Notes: generated by a model from the sequence alone, not told the origin. Positions 1-9,734 are shown, counted from the first letter of the stretch. The stretch: 64,000 nt of DNA from Alphaproteobacteria bacterium (GCA_018971945.1 JAGWZH010000002.1:503-64502), one strand, 5' to 3'. Numbers and translations: made by a program.

Positions 1-1426
1 ATTCGAAATCCTCATGCGCAAGGGCCACATAGCCCTCTCCCAACGACACGATGAGCACGCGTCCTCCGTCTTCCGCCCTCATTGGCGCAGTCATCGCGGC
101 ATGATTGGCGGCGTCCTGGCGCAAGAGCCACATCCGCAGCGGCGGGATCGGCGAGTCCGTCCTTTGCGGCCCGCAATAATAAGTCAGGGCGAAGAACAGG
201 GCGCGATGATCCGCCAGCACCGCGGTGTAGGGCGCTGCGGCGGAGGCGATGCGCGCCTGCGTCGCTGCGCAAACGGCTTCCCAGCCCCTGGCGCGCTTGA
301 ACGCCCCGCCTGCGCCCATGGCGTCTGCAAAGCCTGGGAACACGGTGAAGCTCCAAAAAGCCAGAGCCGCCGTCCCATTGACCGCTGTCGCTGCAAGAAG
401 CGTCCGCTTTCCAAAAACCGTCCCTGTCAGCAGCGATCCCACGAGCCAGACTGTCGCTGCGGGATAGGCCGCCGCCGCCCAATTCGCATGCGCGCGGCTC
501 AACAGCGCCTGAGCTGTGATCAGCAGCAGCGGCGGCAGGATGAAGGCGATCAGGATCTTGTCCGTCGGCGCGAGCGCGCTCCGGCCGCCCGCCGCCCTCC
601 ATAACAATAACCCAAGCGCTCCAAAAAACACCGGTCCGATGACGCCCGCCTGGCTGAACACAAAGTCCGCCATCTCCCCGAGATTGAAAAGAGCCCCGCC
701 CAAATTGGCGTTCGCCGCGGTATGCCCCATCGTCGCGAAGTCATGCGTCGCATTCCAGATGAGGTTGGGCGCAAGCACCAGAAGCGCGGTCCCGCCCATG
801 ATCGCTCCGTCCCGCGATAAGAATCGTTCCCGCACCATGGGGACCCACAAGGCCGCAAGCCCCGCGCAGAGCAGGAAATAAAGCATCGCGTACTTCGCCA
901 GCGCCCCAAGCCCGATGAGCGCCCCGAGCGCCGCCGCCGTCCGCCAGCCAGGGCTCTCCAAGAACCGAAACAGCATCAAGAGCGCCCAAGCCCACAAGGG
1001 CAGCATCAGCGCATCCGTAGAGATCACCGCCGCCGAGAGAGCCACGCCGGGCAGAAGGAGCCAGCTCGTCCCAGCCCAGAAGCCGGCCCAGGGGCCATAG
1101 AGCCGCCGGCCCAAGGCGAACAGCGCGACCGCGCCAAGCGCATGGCTTAAAGGCGCGGCCAGCCGAATGGCCGCTTCCGCCTCGCCGAACAGCGCCGTTG
1201 TCAAAGCGATCGCCCACGCGATGAGCGGCGGTTTGGAGAAATAGCCCCAATCCAGCGTCTGCGACCATGCCCAGTATTGCGCTTCGTCAAAATGCAGATC
1301 GACTGGGCTCGCGATCAGTCCCGCGACCCTGGCCGCCGTGATGATCCCGGCGGCCACGACAAAAGCCCTTAAAGGCGGCGACAGCGCAGGAAGGCCGCGT
1401 GCGGACGGGGAAGGGGAGTTCATCAT
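1..1426 (-). CDS. Glycosyltransferase family 39 / ArnT-like membrane glycosyltransferase (3' end runs off the window)
   Basis: This frame is absent from the ORF track because it has no stop inside the window. Own translation from ATGATG at 1426/1423: MNSPSPSARGLPALSPP...DLHFDEAQYWAWSQTLDWGYFSKPPLIAWAIALTTALFGEAEAAIRLAAPL... It is multi-TM with the PMT_2/ArnT-type N-terminal loop. No competing long ORF is listed in this frame. Confidence 0.7.
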   Translation of the reverse strand, partial: MMNSPSPSARGLPALSPPLRAFVVAAGIITAARVAGLIASPVDLHFDEAQYWAWSQTLDWGYFSKPPLIAWAIALTTALFGEAEAAIRLAAPLSHALGAVALFALGRRLYGPWAGFWAGTSWLLLPGVALSAAVISTDALMLPLWAWALLMLFRFLESPGWRTAAALGALIGLGALAKYAMLYFLLCAGLAALWVPMVRERFLSRDGAIMGGTALLVLAPNLIWNATHDFATMGHTAANANLGGALFNLGEMADFVFSQAGVIGPVFFGALGLLLWRAAGGRSALAPTDKILIAFILPPLLLITAQALLSRAHANWAAAAYPAATVWLVGSLLTGTVFGKRTLLAATAVNGTAALAFWSFTVFPGFADAMGAGGAFKRARGWEAVCAATQARIASAAAPYTAVLADHRALFFALTYYCGPQRTDSPIPPLRMWLLRQDAANHAAMTAPMRAEDGGRVLIVSLGEGYVALAHEDFE

Positions 1427-1624
1427 CTGATCCATAGCCTGAATCGGCGAGACAAGGGGAGGCGGGCGCTGCTGCGTCTTTTAAGCAACATTCAGCATGG
1501 ACAGCAGCAGGTGGACAAAGTCTCACATAACTGTCGTGGATGTGCCGCCTTCCCCCTGCTATGGCGACCCGCGTGTGGCGAGGCAGGTCAAAGTGGCCCG
1601 CTGCGTGTCTCCGGGGGTTGTCTC

Positions 1625-4015
1625 ATGATGTTGAAAAAATTGTTGGGCGGTGCGGCCCTTACCGCACTGTCTATGGTGTTTGGCGTGTCCACAGCGCAGG
1701 CCCAATCGACCGGCGCGCAAACGTTTGAGGAAGACGATTCCGAGATCGTGGTGACCGGCCAGCGCTCGCGCGATATTGCGGGCCTGATCAATGCCGAAAC
1801 CGCGCCAAAGGCGCGGGCGACCGTCACGCAGGAATATATCGAGACCCAGGCCCCCGGCCAGACCATCCTCGAATCTCTGAACCTCGTCCCGGGCGTTGTG
1901 TTCTCCAACAACGACGCCTACGGCTCCGCGGGCGGCTCGCTCAATATTCGCGGCTTTGACGGCGCCCGCGTGTCCCTGCAATTCGACGGCGCCCAGCTGA
2001 ACGACACCGGCAACTACGCCATCTACTCAAACCAGCAGCTTGATCCTGAATTGATCGAAGCCGCCTCGGTGAATCTCGGGGCCACAGACGTGGACAGCCC
2101 CACCGCTTCCGCCACCGGCGGCACCGTCAATTATCGCACACGGCGGCCTGGCGAAGAGTTTGGCGGTATCCTGCAGTATGGCTACGGCACTTTCGACATG
2201 AACCGCGTCTTCGCCATGGTCGATACCGGCAGGCTTTTTGGCACCGATGCAACAGCGTTCGTGTCTCTCTCGTCGCAGGAATACAATCACTTCTTGGGGA
2301 ATTTTGGCGGCGTGGATAAGGCGCAGTTCAACGCGCGCCTCTATTACCCCCTCGAAGGCCGCGACTTTTTGAGCCTTTCATTCCATTACAATCAGAACCG
2401 CAACAACTTCATCCGCCAGATGTCGGTTGCGAATTTCGCAGCGTCGGGCCTTAGCACCTATGTAGGCAATGTCAGCGCCTGCCAAACCGCCCAAGCCGCC
2501 GTCGCCGGCGTTGCCGACGTCGCCCGCACCTGCAGCAATGTCGGGCCCCTGGCGATCAACCCGTCAAACACCGGCAATATCCGTGGCTCAAGCCGGTTTG
2601 CGCTGACCGACAATCTGACCCTCACCATCGACCCAACCTTTCAATACGTGCTCGCCAATGGCGGCTCGACGACGGGATATATTGAGGGCGCTGCGGCCTC
2701 AACGTCGCGAATCAACACAGACGTCGACCTGAACGGGGACGGCGATTTGCTTGACACGGTGCTGTTGTTCCAGCCCAACACCACCACGACCCAGCGTTGG
2801 TCGCTCCAAACCTCGTTGATTTGGGACATCAACCCCAACAACCGTCTGCGCTTCAGCTACACCTACGACCGCGGCCGTCACCGCCAGGTCGGCCAGGCCA
2901 CCCGGATCAACGCCGACTCCACCCCGATTGACGTCTTCAGCTCCAATTTCGGCTATGCGCGGCCGATCCTGGACGCCCGCGGCGCTCCCATCCGGCGCCG
3001 GGATCGGGTCTCCTATGCGATCCTCAACCAGTTGTCGCTGGAGTACCGGGGCAACTTCATGGACGACCTGATCTCGGTGACCGCCGGCCTGCGCTTGCCC
3101 TATTTTGAGCGGGAACTGAACAATAACTGTTTCCAAGGCTTGGACGTCAACGGCAACAACCCGATCTGCACGACCAGCGCGCCCCAGATCGCGTTGTTGT
3201 CCAACGCGACCAATAGTCTGGAGTGGCAGGCGCCGTTCCGGGGAGCAACGGTTGAGTATGACGATGTGCTTCCGAGCTTCGGGATCACTTTCCGCCCCGC
3301 CGACGGGCATCAAATCTTCTTCAGCTACGCGGAAGGTTTGTCGGCGCCGCGAACGGACGATCTTTATGGCCGCCGCCTCGCCACGCTGGGTCGCGTCCAG
3401 CCCGAGACGTCCACGGCCTATGACCTTGGCTATCGCTATCGCAGCCAAACCTTGATCGCTTCCGCCACCGCTTGGTTCAATCAGTTCGAAAACCGGATCG
3501 AGCGGACCTTTGACCAGGTGACCGGCGACACCGGCTCTTTCAATGTCGGCGGGATTGATCTGTCGGGCGCGGACTTCGAGATCGGCTATGTCGGAATCGA
3601 CAATCTGACCCTTGTCGGGACGGCGTCCTACAAGCAGAGCGAAATCGGGACCAATATCGGGACCAACCTCACCCAGGGGCGGAGCCTTTATGAAACCCCG
3701 GAATGGACCTACGCTGGCCGGGTGGAGTACGATGTCGCCAATTGGAATCTGGGCGTTCAAGCGCGCCATGTCGGCGAACGCTTTACGAACCTAACCAACA
3801 CCCAGGTCGCCCCGGATTACACGGTCGTGGACGCCAACGCCCGCTGGAATTTCGGCGAACTGGTCGACCTCGAAGGCGCCTATCTCCAGTTCAACGTCGT
3901 CAATCTCTTCGATGAAGAATATCTCGGCAATATCTCGACCAATATCTCGGGCAACCAGAACGCCCAGGTCGGCGCTCCGCGCACCTTCCTGGTCACGCTG
4001 CGCACTGAGTTCTAA
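1625..4015 (+). CDS. TonB-dependent receptor
   Basis: Signal peptide MMLKKLLGGAALTALSMVFGVSTAQAQ, plug region DSEIVVTGQR...NIRGFDG, and a long beta-barrel ending TFLVTLRTEF (terminal aromatic). Start moved from the track's 1511 to ATG 1625 at the signal peptide. Confidence 0.9.
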   Translation: MMLKKLLGGAALTALSMVFGVSTAQAQSTGAQTFEEDDSEIVVTGQRSRDIAGLINAETAPKARATVTQEYIETQAPGQTILESLNLVPGVVFSNNDAYGSAGGSLNIRGFDGARVSLQFDGAQLNDTGNYAIYSNQQLDPELIEAASVNLGATDVDSPTASATGGTVNYRTRRPGEEFGGILQYGYGTFDMNRVFAMVDTGRLFGTDATAFVSLSSQEYNHFLGNFGGVDKAQFNARLYYPLEGRDFLSLSFHYNQNRNNFIRQMSVANFAASGLSTYVGNVSACQTAQAAVAGVADVARTCSNVGPLAINPSNTGNIRGSSRFALTDNLTLTIDPTFQYVLANGGSTTGYIEGAAASTSRINTDVDLNGDGDLLDTVLLFQPNTTTTQRWSLQTSLIWDINPNNRLRFSYTYDRGRHRQVGQATRINADSTPIDVFSSNFGYARPILDARGAPIRRRDRVSYAILNQLSLEYRGNFMDDLISVTAGLRLPYFERELNNNCFQGLDVNGNNPICTTSAPQIALLSNATNSLEWQAPFRGATVEYDDVLPSFGITFRPADGHQIFFSYAEGLSAPRTDDLYGRRLATLGRVQPETSTAYDLGYRYRSQTLIASATAWFNQFENRIERTFDQVTGDTGSFNVGGIDLSGADFEIGYVGIDNLTLVGTASYKQSEIGTNIGTNLTQGRSLYETPEWTYAGRVEYDVANWNLGVQARHVGERFTNLTNTQVAPDYTVVDANARWNFGELVDLEGAYLQFNVVNLFDEEYLGNISTNISGNQNAQVGAPRTFLVTLRTEF

Positions 4016-4043
4016 GCGAAGCAGACACTGAAGACACCTGCTG

Positions 4044-4081
4044 GAGGCGGCCTTCTTGCGAGGGCCGCCTCTTTGCTTTTT
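4044..4081 (+). terminator. Rho-independent terminator after the TonB-dependent receptor
   Basis: 9-bp GC stem gaggcggcc / ggccgcctc (4044-4052 / 4063-4071) with a 10-nt loop, followed by tttgcttttt. Confidence 0.75.
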
Positions 4082-4194
4082 CGGGAAAAGCCCTTGCAAC
4101 CACGCCCGCCGTGCTTAAGTGAGCGCGCTTTGCTCGCCCGCGGGAACGCCGGATTTGGCCACAAGGCCCACGAAGGGAAGAGGACGAAAAGACA

Positions 4195-5172
4195 ATGACG
4201 CGTATCCCGCCCGAATGGGCGCCGCACAAGGCGATCTGGACGGCCTTCCCCTCCGCCGCCGATCTTTGGGAAGATGACCTGATCCCCGCGCAGGACGAGG
4301 TCGCCGCCATGATCCGGGCGCTTGCGAAAGGAGATCGTGTCCGCGTCCTCGCCGCAGGCGCGGACGCCTACCGAGCCGCCGTCGCTGCTGTGGGCGACGT
4401 TGCGGAGGTCATCGAGACCCCTTTCGGCGACATCTGGCTCCGCGACACGGGTCCCATCTTCGACCGCGCCGGCCGCGCCCACCGCTTCCTTTTCAATGGC
4501 TGGGGCGGAAAATATGATCTCCCCTTCGACGACCGCGTGGGCGATGCTGTCGCTGCCGTCGCCGGCGCGGAGATCGTGCGCCACCCCTTCATCCTGGAAG
4601 GCGGCGCCATCGAGATGGATGGGGAAGGGACCCTTTTGACCACCCGCCAGTGCCTCCTCAACCCCAACCGCAACCCCGGCTGGGACGAGGCGAGCGCCGA
4701 AGCCTTCTTGAAGCGCGCTCTGGGCGTGACCAGGGTGCTTTGGCTCGATGAGGGTCTCGCCAACGACCACACCGACGGCCACATCGACAACCTCGCCCGC
4801 TTCGTGGCGCCAGGCCGCATCCTCTGCCAGGCGCCCGTCGGCGCTGATGATCCGAATGCGGACGTGCTGGATGAGATCGCCCTGACCCTCGCCGCCATGT
4901 CCGATGCGCAAGGCCGCAAGCTGGAGGTGATTCGCATCCCGAGCCCCGGCGTCGTAAGGGGTGAGGACGGCGATTCCATCCCAGCAAGCCACATGAACTT
5001 TCTCATCGGCAATGAGGCTGTCGTCGTCCCCATTTACTCCGACATGGGTGACGACGCCCTGAAAGCCTTGGCGCCGCTCTTCCCTGACCGCCGGATCGTC
5101 GGCCTCTCCTCCACCGCTATTCTCACCGGCGGCGGTTCTTTCCACTGCATCACCCAGCAGGAGCCCGCGTGA
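4195..5172 (+). CDS. aguA: Agmatine deiminase
   Basis: MTRIPPEWAPHKAIWTAFPS..., WLRDTGPIF, and C-terminal GGGSFHCITQQEP with the catalytic Cys context of the agmatine deiminase / PAD_porph family. Directly coupled to the next gene. Confidence 0.9.
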   Translation: MTRIPPEWAPHKAIWTAFPSAADLWEDDLIPAQDEVAAMIRALAKGDRVRVLAAGADAYRAAVAAVGDVAEVIETPFGDIWLRDTGPIFDRAGRAHRFLFNGWGGKYDLPFDDRVGDAVAAVAGAEIVRHPFILEGGAIEMDGEGTLLTTRQCLLNPNRNPGWDEASAEAFLKRALGVTRVLWLDEGLANDHTDGHIDNLARFVAPGRILCQAPVGADDPNADVLDEIALTLAAMSDAQGRKLEVIRIPSPGVVRGEDGDSIPASHMNFLIGNEAVVVPIYSDMGDDALKALAPLFPDRRIVGLSSTAILTGGGSFHCITQQEPA

Positions 5173-6029
5173 TGGCCCAAGGCTCTACAAAGACCCTCAC
5201 CGTCGCCGCAATCCAGACGAGCTACGGCGCGGACATGGCGGCCAACATCGAAAAGACCGTTCGCTTCATTCGCGAGGCCGCAGGCCAGGGCGCCCAGGTG
5301 ATCCTGCCGTCAGAACTCTTCCAGGGGGAATATTTCTGCACCGACCAGCAGGAGCGTTGGTTTGCGACCGCTTACCCCGCCGCCGAACACCCCTGCGTGA
5401 GGGCGCTCCAGCCCGTGGCGAAGGAGCTGGGCGTCGCGATCCCCGTCTCGATCTATGAGCGCTATGGGCCGGAGCGCTACAACAGCGTCGTCATGCTGGA
5501 CGCTGACGGGTCGATCCTCGGCGTCTACCGCAAGAGCCACATTCCCGATGGCCCCGGCTATCAGGAGAAATACTATTTCCGCCCCGGCGACACCGGCTAC
5601 AAGGTCTGGGCCACAAGGCACGGCCGCATCGGCGTCGGCATCTGCTGGGACCAGTGGTACCCAGAGTGCGCCCGCGCCATGGCGCTCATGGACGCGCAGG
5701 TGTTGATGTACCCAACCGCCATCGGCTCAGAGCCGCACGATTCAAGCCTCGACACCCTCGACCCCTGGCGTCGCGCCATGCAGGGCCATGCGGTCAGCAA
5801 CGTCATCCCCGTGATGGCCTCGAACCGGATCGGCGCGGAAAACTGCAATGGCAAGCCGCAAAACTTTTATGGCGGCAGCTTCATCGCCGATCACCGCGGC
5901 GACCTCGTCCAAAGCTTCGGCCGCACGGAGGAGGGCGTGCTCGTCCACACCGTGGATCTCGACTTCCTCGAAACCCACCGCGGCGCCTGGGGCTTCTTCC
6001 GGGATCGGCGAAAGGATCTGGCGCCATAG
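5172..6029 (+). CDS. aguB: N-carbamoylputrescine amidase (carbon-nitrogen hydrolase)
   Basis: Nitrilase-superfamily motifs (LPSELF, YRKSHIPDGPGYQEKYYF, GVGICWDQWYPE). ATG 5172 overlaps the aguA TGA (TGATG). A GTG at 5169 is an alternative start. Confidence 0.9.
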   Translation: MAQGSTKTLTVAAIQTSYGADMAANIEKTVRFIREAAGQGAQVILPSELFQGEYFCTDQQERWFATAYPAAEHPCVRALQPVAKELGVAIPVSIYERYGPERYNSVVMLDADGSILGVYRKSHIPDGPGYQEKYYFRPGDTGYKVWATRHGRIGVGICWDQWYPECARAMALMDAQVLMYPTAIGSEPHDSSLDTLDPWRRAMQGHAVSNVIPVMASNRIGAENCNGKPQNFYGGSFIADHRGDLVQSFGRTEEGVLVHTVDLDFLETHRGAWGFFRDRRKDLAP

Positions 6030-6034
6030 GGCCT

Positions 6035-6655
6035 ATGCGCTACCGGGGTGTGATCTTCGACTTTGACGGCACTTTGGCCGACACCTTCGGCTGGTTCAAA
6101 GCCGCCGTCCCCGGCATGATCGCGCGCCATCGCCTCAACCCCGTCACCGACGCCGAGATCCACGCCCTCCGCGGCGCCCACGGCCGCGAGGTCATGATGC
6201 GCTTGGGCGTGCGCCCGTGGCAGCTGCCGTTCATCGCATCCGACATGCGCCGCCGCATGGCGCAGGACGCTCACACCATGGGGCTGTTCCCTGGCGTCGC
6301 CGAGGCTCTGGCCGCGCTCCACGCCAAGGGCGTGGCGCTGGCGGTTGTATCCTCCAACGCCGAGGGCGTGGTCCGGACGGTTTTGGCAGACACGCAGGGC
6401 TTGATCGACCACTATGCCTGCGGCGCGGCCGCCTTCGGCAAGGACGCCCACTTCCGCCGGGTCCTCGCCAAGGCCCGCCTTAAGCCGGATGAGGCGATCG
6501 CCATCGGCGACGAACTCCGCGACCTCGACGCCGCCCGCGCGGTGGGGCTTGCCTTCGGCGCCGTCCAGTGGGGCTATACCCGCGCTGATGCTTTGTGCGC
6601 CAAAGCCGACCACGCCTTCGCGCATCCGGCGGACTGGGTCTCGTTGCTGGGTTAG
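6035..6655 (+). CDS. HAD-superfamily hydrolase (phosphoglycolate phosphatase-like)
   Basis: MRYRGVIFDFDGTLADT (DxDGT motif I), VVSSN (motif II), GDELRDLDAA (motif IV). Starts 5 nt after the aguB stop. The track's 5654 start would overlap aguB and was rejected. Confidence 0.85.
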   Translation: MRYRGVIFDFDGTLADTFGWFKAAVPGMIARHRLNPVTDAEIHALRGAHGREVMMRLGVRPWQLPFIASDMRRRMAQDAHTMGLFPGVAEALAALHAKGVALAVVSSNAEGVVRTVLADTQGLIDHYACGAAAFGKDAHFRRVLAKARLKPDEAIAIGDELRDLDAARAVGLAFGAVQWGYTRADALCAKADHAFAHPADWVSLLG

Positions 6656-6659
6656 AGGC

Positions 6660-7088
6660 TCACCCCACAAACCGCGCCCGCAGCGCCTCATCCGGGACCA
6701 TGCACGCCTCCGTGCTCCCAAACCAGCGCCGCCGGTTCCGCGCCAAAACGCTATAGGCCCAATCGCGCAGAGGCAGGGGCAGGGCGCAGGCCGCCCACGA
6801 CAGCCAAGACCATGGCCAGCGCAACCGCCGCCCGATCGCGAGCGCTGCTTCAGACAAGCCCAGCACGCGACCGTTCTCGATCAACAGAAACGTCTCCGGA
6901 TCGTCCGGATTTTGACCCGCCGCGGCGAGCGTCGCCCGCCCAAGCGCCGATTGCGCCGGCAGGAACGCGAAGAGGCCCTTGGGATCCCGCGGCGCCACAA
7001 AACGCACGGTGAAGCAGCATAACTTGCACTGCCCTTCGAACAGGATCACGGCGCGGCATTCAGCGGAAAGGGCAGGCGGTAAGGTCAT
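6660..7088 (-). CDS. Thiol-disulfide oxidoreductase DCC family protein (DUF393)
   Basis: VILFEGQCKLCCFTVRFV..RDPKG.F.F (CxxC near the N-terminus) and a WAYSVLARNRRRWFG tail typical of the DCC family. Start set at MTLPP (ATG 7088). Confidence 0.75.
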   Translation of the reverse strand: MTLPPALSAECRAVILFEGQCKLCCFTVRFVAPRDPKGLFAFLPAQSALGRATLAAAGQNPDDPETFLLIENGRVLGLSEAALAIGRRLRWPWSWLSWAACALPLPLRDWAYSVLARNRRRWFGSTEACMVPDEALRARFVG

Positions 7089-7166
7089 GAAGTCAGATAC
7101 GGCCCGCGCGCCCGCACGCCCGCGCGCCCGCACATCTCCCGGACCGGTGGGCGCCCATGCCGCACC

Positions 7167-7922
7167 TCACTCCAGCCCCAGCGCATAGCGCAACTCGGCC
7201 CGGGCGATTGCGTAATCCCCCGCGAATTCCTCATCCCCCATGAGCCGGATCACAACCGCCGACGCCACGGCGCGGCCCGCGTCCACGTCCGACGGGAAAT
7301 GCACCCCGCACACGACCCGGCTCCAGCCATAGTCATAGCCCCGCGCCAGGATCGCGTCCGCCTGCTCTGGGACCATGTCTGCGAGCAATAGGCCCCACGC
7401 CCAGCCGAACCCAGCATGTCCCGAGGGATAGGACCGGCTATTCGCAAGCCGCGCCAACTGCGCAGCCTCCGAAGCGATGCACGGCGTGATCGAAGGATCG
7501 ACCTGGAACGGTCGCATCCGTCCGAAATGCTCCTTAGCCGGATCATAAGAGGCGGCGATGTCGGTCACGACCCGCGCCAAAACCCGCGCCGTGGAAGGCG
7601 TCGCCTCTTCGCTGATGGTCACGCCCAAAACAGCCGCGAAGGCAGGCCCCGGGTCCACCCGGTTGTCCGCCACGGCCAGCGCCATGCGCGCAGGGTCCGC
7701 GTCATGCGCCGCCAAGACGGCCGCAAGCTCTCCCGCCTGCCAGGCGCTCTCCCCGCCTGGCGGCCCCATCAGAAACACCCGCGCGTCGGCGTCGGTCTCG
7801 AGATACCCCACCGCAAACCCCGCCGCCGTCCGCTCCGGCGCCGCCACAACCGCAGGCGCCGTCGCGCATCCCGCCACCGCCAAAGCCAGCGCCAAAGCGC
7901 GCAGACCAAATCCCCTTGTCAT
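7167..7922 (-). CDS. Class A acid phosphatase (PAP2 family), lipoprotein
   Basis: Lipobox LALAVAGC. PAP2 motifs KEHFGRMRPF, SYPSGHA and SRVVCGVHFPSDV. ATG 7922 overlaps the upstream permease stop (ATGA). Confidence 0.85.
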   Translation of the reverse strand: MTRGFGLRALALALAVAGCATAPAVVAAPERTAAGFAVGYLETDADARVFLMGPPGGESAWQAGELAAVLAAHDADPARMALAVADNRVDPGPAFAAVLGVTISEEATPSTARVLARVVTDIAASYDPAKEHFGRMRPFQVDPSITPCIASEAAQLARLANSRSYPSGHAGFGWAWGLLLADMVPEQADAILARGYDYGWSRVVCGVHFPSDVDAGRAVASAVVIRLMGDEEFAGDYAIARAELRYALGLE

Positions 7923-9310
7923 GCTTGCCCCTCCGAAGCGACCCTGCGGCCCCGCCACAGCATCAGCCAAACGCCGACCCCCAAAACCAAAAGCCCAAGA
8001 ATCGCCGCCGGCCCCCGCTCGTCCAGCGTCCCGACATAGCCGAACGCGCTCCAAGCCATCGCCGCGCTCGTCGCCACGAACATCAAGGGCAAGATGGGAT
8101 AGAGCGGAACCTTGAACGACCGCGCCGCGTCAGGCTGCCGCACCCGCAACACGAGGACTGCAAGGCCCGACAGCATCAGGAACAGCCAGAACACCGGCGC
8201 GGTGTAATCGAGGAGCGTCGAAAACCCTTGATAGGCCGCGCCCAGACCCACAAGAACAAGCCCGAACACCCCATGCGCCAATGTCGCCCGAAACGGGATG
8301 CCGCGGGAATCGTCCCACTCCCCGAACCAGGCCAGCGCAGGGAAATCCCGCGCCGCGGCATAGGTCGTCCGCGCCCCGACCACGATCGTGGCGTTGATCG
8401 AGGTGATCACCGCGAACGCCACCGCGATGATGAGCGCGATCTGCGCCGCGTCGCCAAAAGCGAGCCTGATCAGGTCCGCAGCGGGCGCAGCGCTTGTGGC
8501 GAGCCCCTCAAGCCCCAAACCCCGCCAGAACGCCCAATTCACCAGCACATAAAGCCCGGTGATCACGAGGATCGCCACGATCAGCGCGACAGCCATTCCC
8601 CGCCGCCCCTCGCGCACTTCCGCGCTCAAGGTCGCCATCTCGTTCCAGCCGCCATAGGCGAGCATCACAAAAACCATTGCCTGCAGGAACCCCTGAGGCA
8701 TCGGCCCCAAAGGCCCCAACGCCAGATCCGTCTGCGGCGGTGCGCCCTGCAGGGCGAGCCATGCCGCCGCCGCCACAAGGATCAAGAGCCCAGCCACCTC
8801 AAGGCCGGTGATCGCATAATGCGCTGCGATCCCTTTTTTCACGCCGCGCAGATTGAACGCTGTGATCAAAGCAACGATCGCCGCCGCATAAACCGCAGGG
8901 CCCAAGGGCCCCAGTTTCAGGGCCTCGTTCACATAGTCGCCGAAGACAAACCCCAAAAGCGCAATCGAACCGGTATTGATCACCGCCAACCGCGCCCAGG
9001 CGAACAAAAAAGCGAGCCGCTTTCCAAACGCAAGTTTGAGAAAATGGTAATCGCCGCCGGCGTTGGGAAACGCGCTCGCCAGCTCCGCATAACAGAGCGC
9101 GCCAACAAGGCTGATCAGCCCGCCAAGCAGCCAGGCGATCAAAAGCCACCCCGCGGTGTCCGCCGCGTCCGCCACCAGCGCTGGCGATTTGAAAATCCCG
9201 GCCCCTACCACCATGCCGACCGCGAGCATCACCACATAGCCGATCCCGACATGTCTATGGGGCGTCTGGCGTGAAGTATTCATCGCGCTCTTTTGAACCT
9301 GACCGGCCAT
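7919..9310 (-). CDS. APC-family permease (basic amino acid/polyamine antiporter-like)
   Basis: About 12 TM segments. N-terminal GMVVGAGIFKSP...LCYAELASAFPNAGGDYHFL signature of APC/APA transporters. Alternative start at ATG 9283. Confidence 0.85.
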   Translation of the reverse strand: MAGQVQKSAMNTSRQTPHRHVGIGYVVMLAVGMVVGAGIFKSPALVADAADTAGWLLIAWLLGGLISLVGALCYAELASAFPNAGGDYHFLKLAFGKRLAFLFAWARLAVINTGSIALLGFVFGDYVNEALKLGPLGPAVYAAAIVALITAFNLRGVKKGIAAHYAITGLEVAGLLILVAAAAWLALQGAPPQTDLALGPLGPMPQGFLQAMVFVMLAYGGWNEMATLSAEVREGRRGMAVALIVAILVITGLYVLVNWAFWRGLGLEGLATSAAPAADLIRLAFGDAAQIALIIAVAFAVITSINATIVVGARTTYAAARDFPALAWFGEWDDSRGIPFRATLAHGVFGLVLVGLGAAYQGFSTLLDYTAPVFWLFLMLSGLAVLVLRVRQPDAARSFKVPLYPILPLMFVATSAAMAWSAFGYVGTLDERGPAAILGLLVLGVGVWLMLWRGRRVASEGQA

Positions 9311-9734
9311 GCCGACAGCCTATCCCAGGCGCAGCCGAAACCGAAATCCCCCCAAAGCCTTGCCCGGGTCGAGGGGACACGCCTGCGGGCGGCTGCGCCC
9401 GATTCGGCGGAGAGCCCCGCGTCGCCTTGAAGCGGCTTTCAAAGCGCACCGGGCCGAGAAGGGGAGGGATCGGCGGACCAGAGCGGCTCTTGTCTGATCT
9501 GCAGAACGCCGCCCGAAAAAGGTCTATTTTGGGGGGGCGCTGAAGGGCAGTCCCTTACTTCGGCCGGCGACGAAGGCGCTGGGAACGCATTCAAAGAGCG
9601 CGCCCCCCTGACATGGTCGGCCAGACCAGCCTGTGAGCCGCCGAGCCGCGTCTTGCCATTGGGCTTGGCGATTCTGGGCGCGAGCGACTTCAGGCCTTGC
9701 ACCGGCTCAAACGGGCATGGCGACCAACAGCGGC

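Noticed and set aside
1427-1624. Possible cobalamin or other riboswitch upstream of the first TonB-dependent receptor.
   Set aside because: Only a vague GCCCGCTGCGTG resemblance to the B12-box region was found, with no GGGAA or GGUGAAA core elements. The receptor is much larger than BtuB-type proteins.
5654-6034. Long N-terminal extension of the HAD hydrolase ORF (the track start is 5654).
   Set aside because: The extension overlaps aguB in another frame and translates to Arg/Pro-rich sequence with no family features. The HAD motif I (DFDGT) lies right after the ATG at 6035, 5 nt downstream of the aguB stop.
7916-9274. 452-aa ORF on the plus strand.
   Set aside because: It is antisense to the APC permease, whose 12-TM pattern and signature motifs are clear. 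The translation is extremely Arg/Pro/His-rich.
9395-9540. Glycine-riboswitch-like words on the plus strand (GGAGAG ... CACCG..GAGAAGGGGA ... CCGAAAAAGG).
   Set aside because: The match is loose. It is on the strand opposite the permease, with no plus-strand gene downstream; that strand runs into the antisense of the LysR gene. An Infernal scan would be needed to revive the idea.
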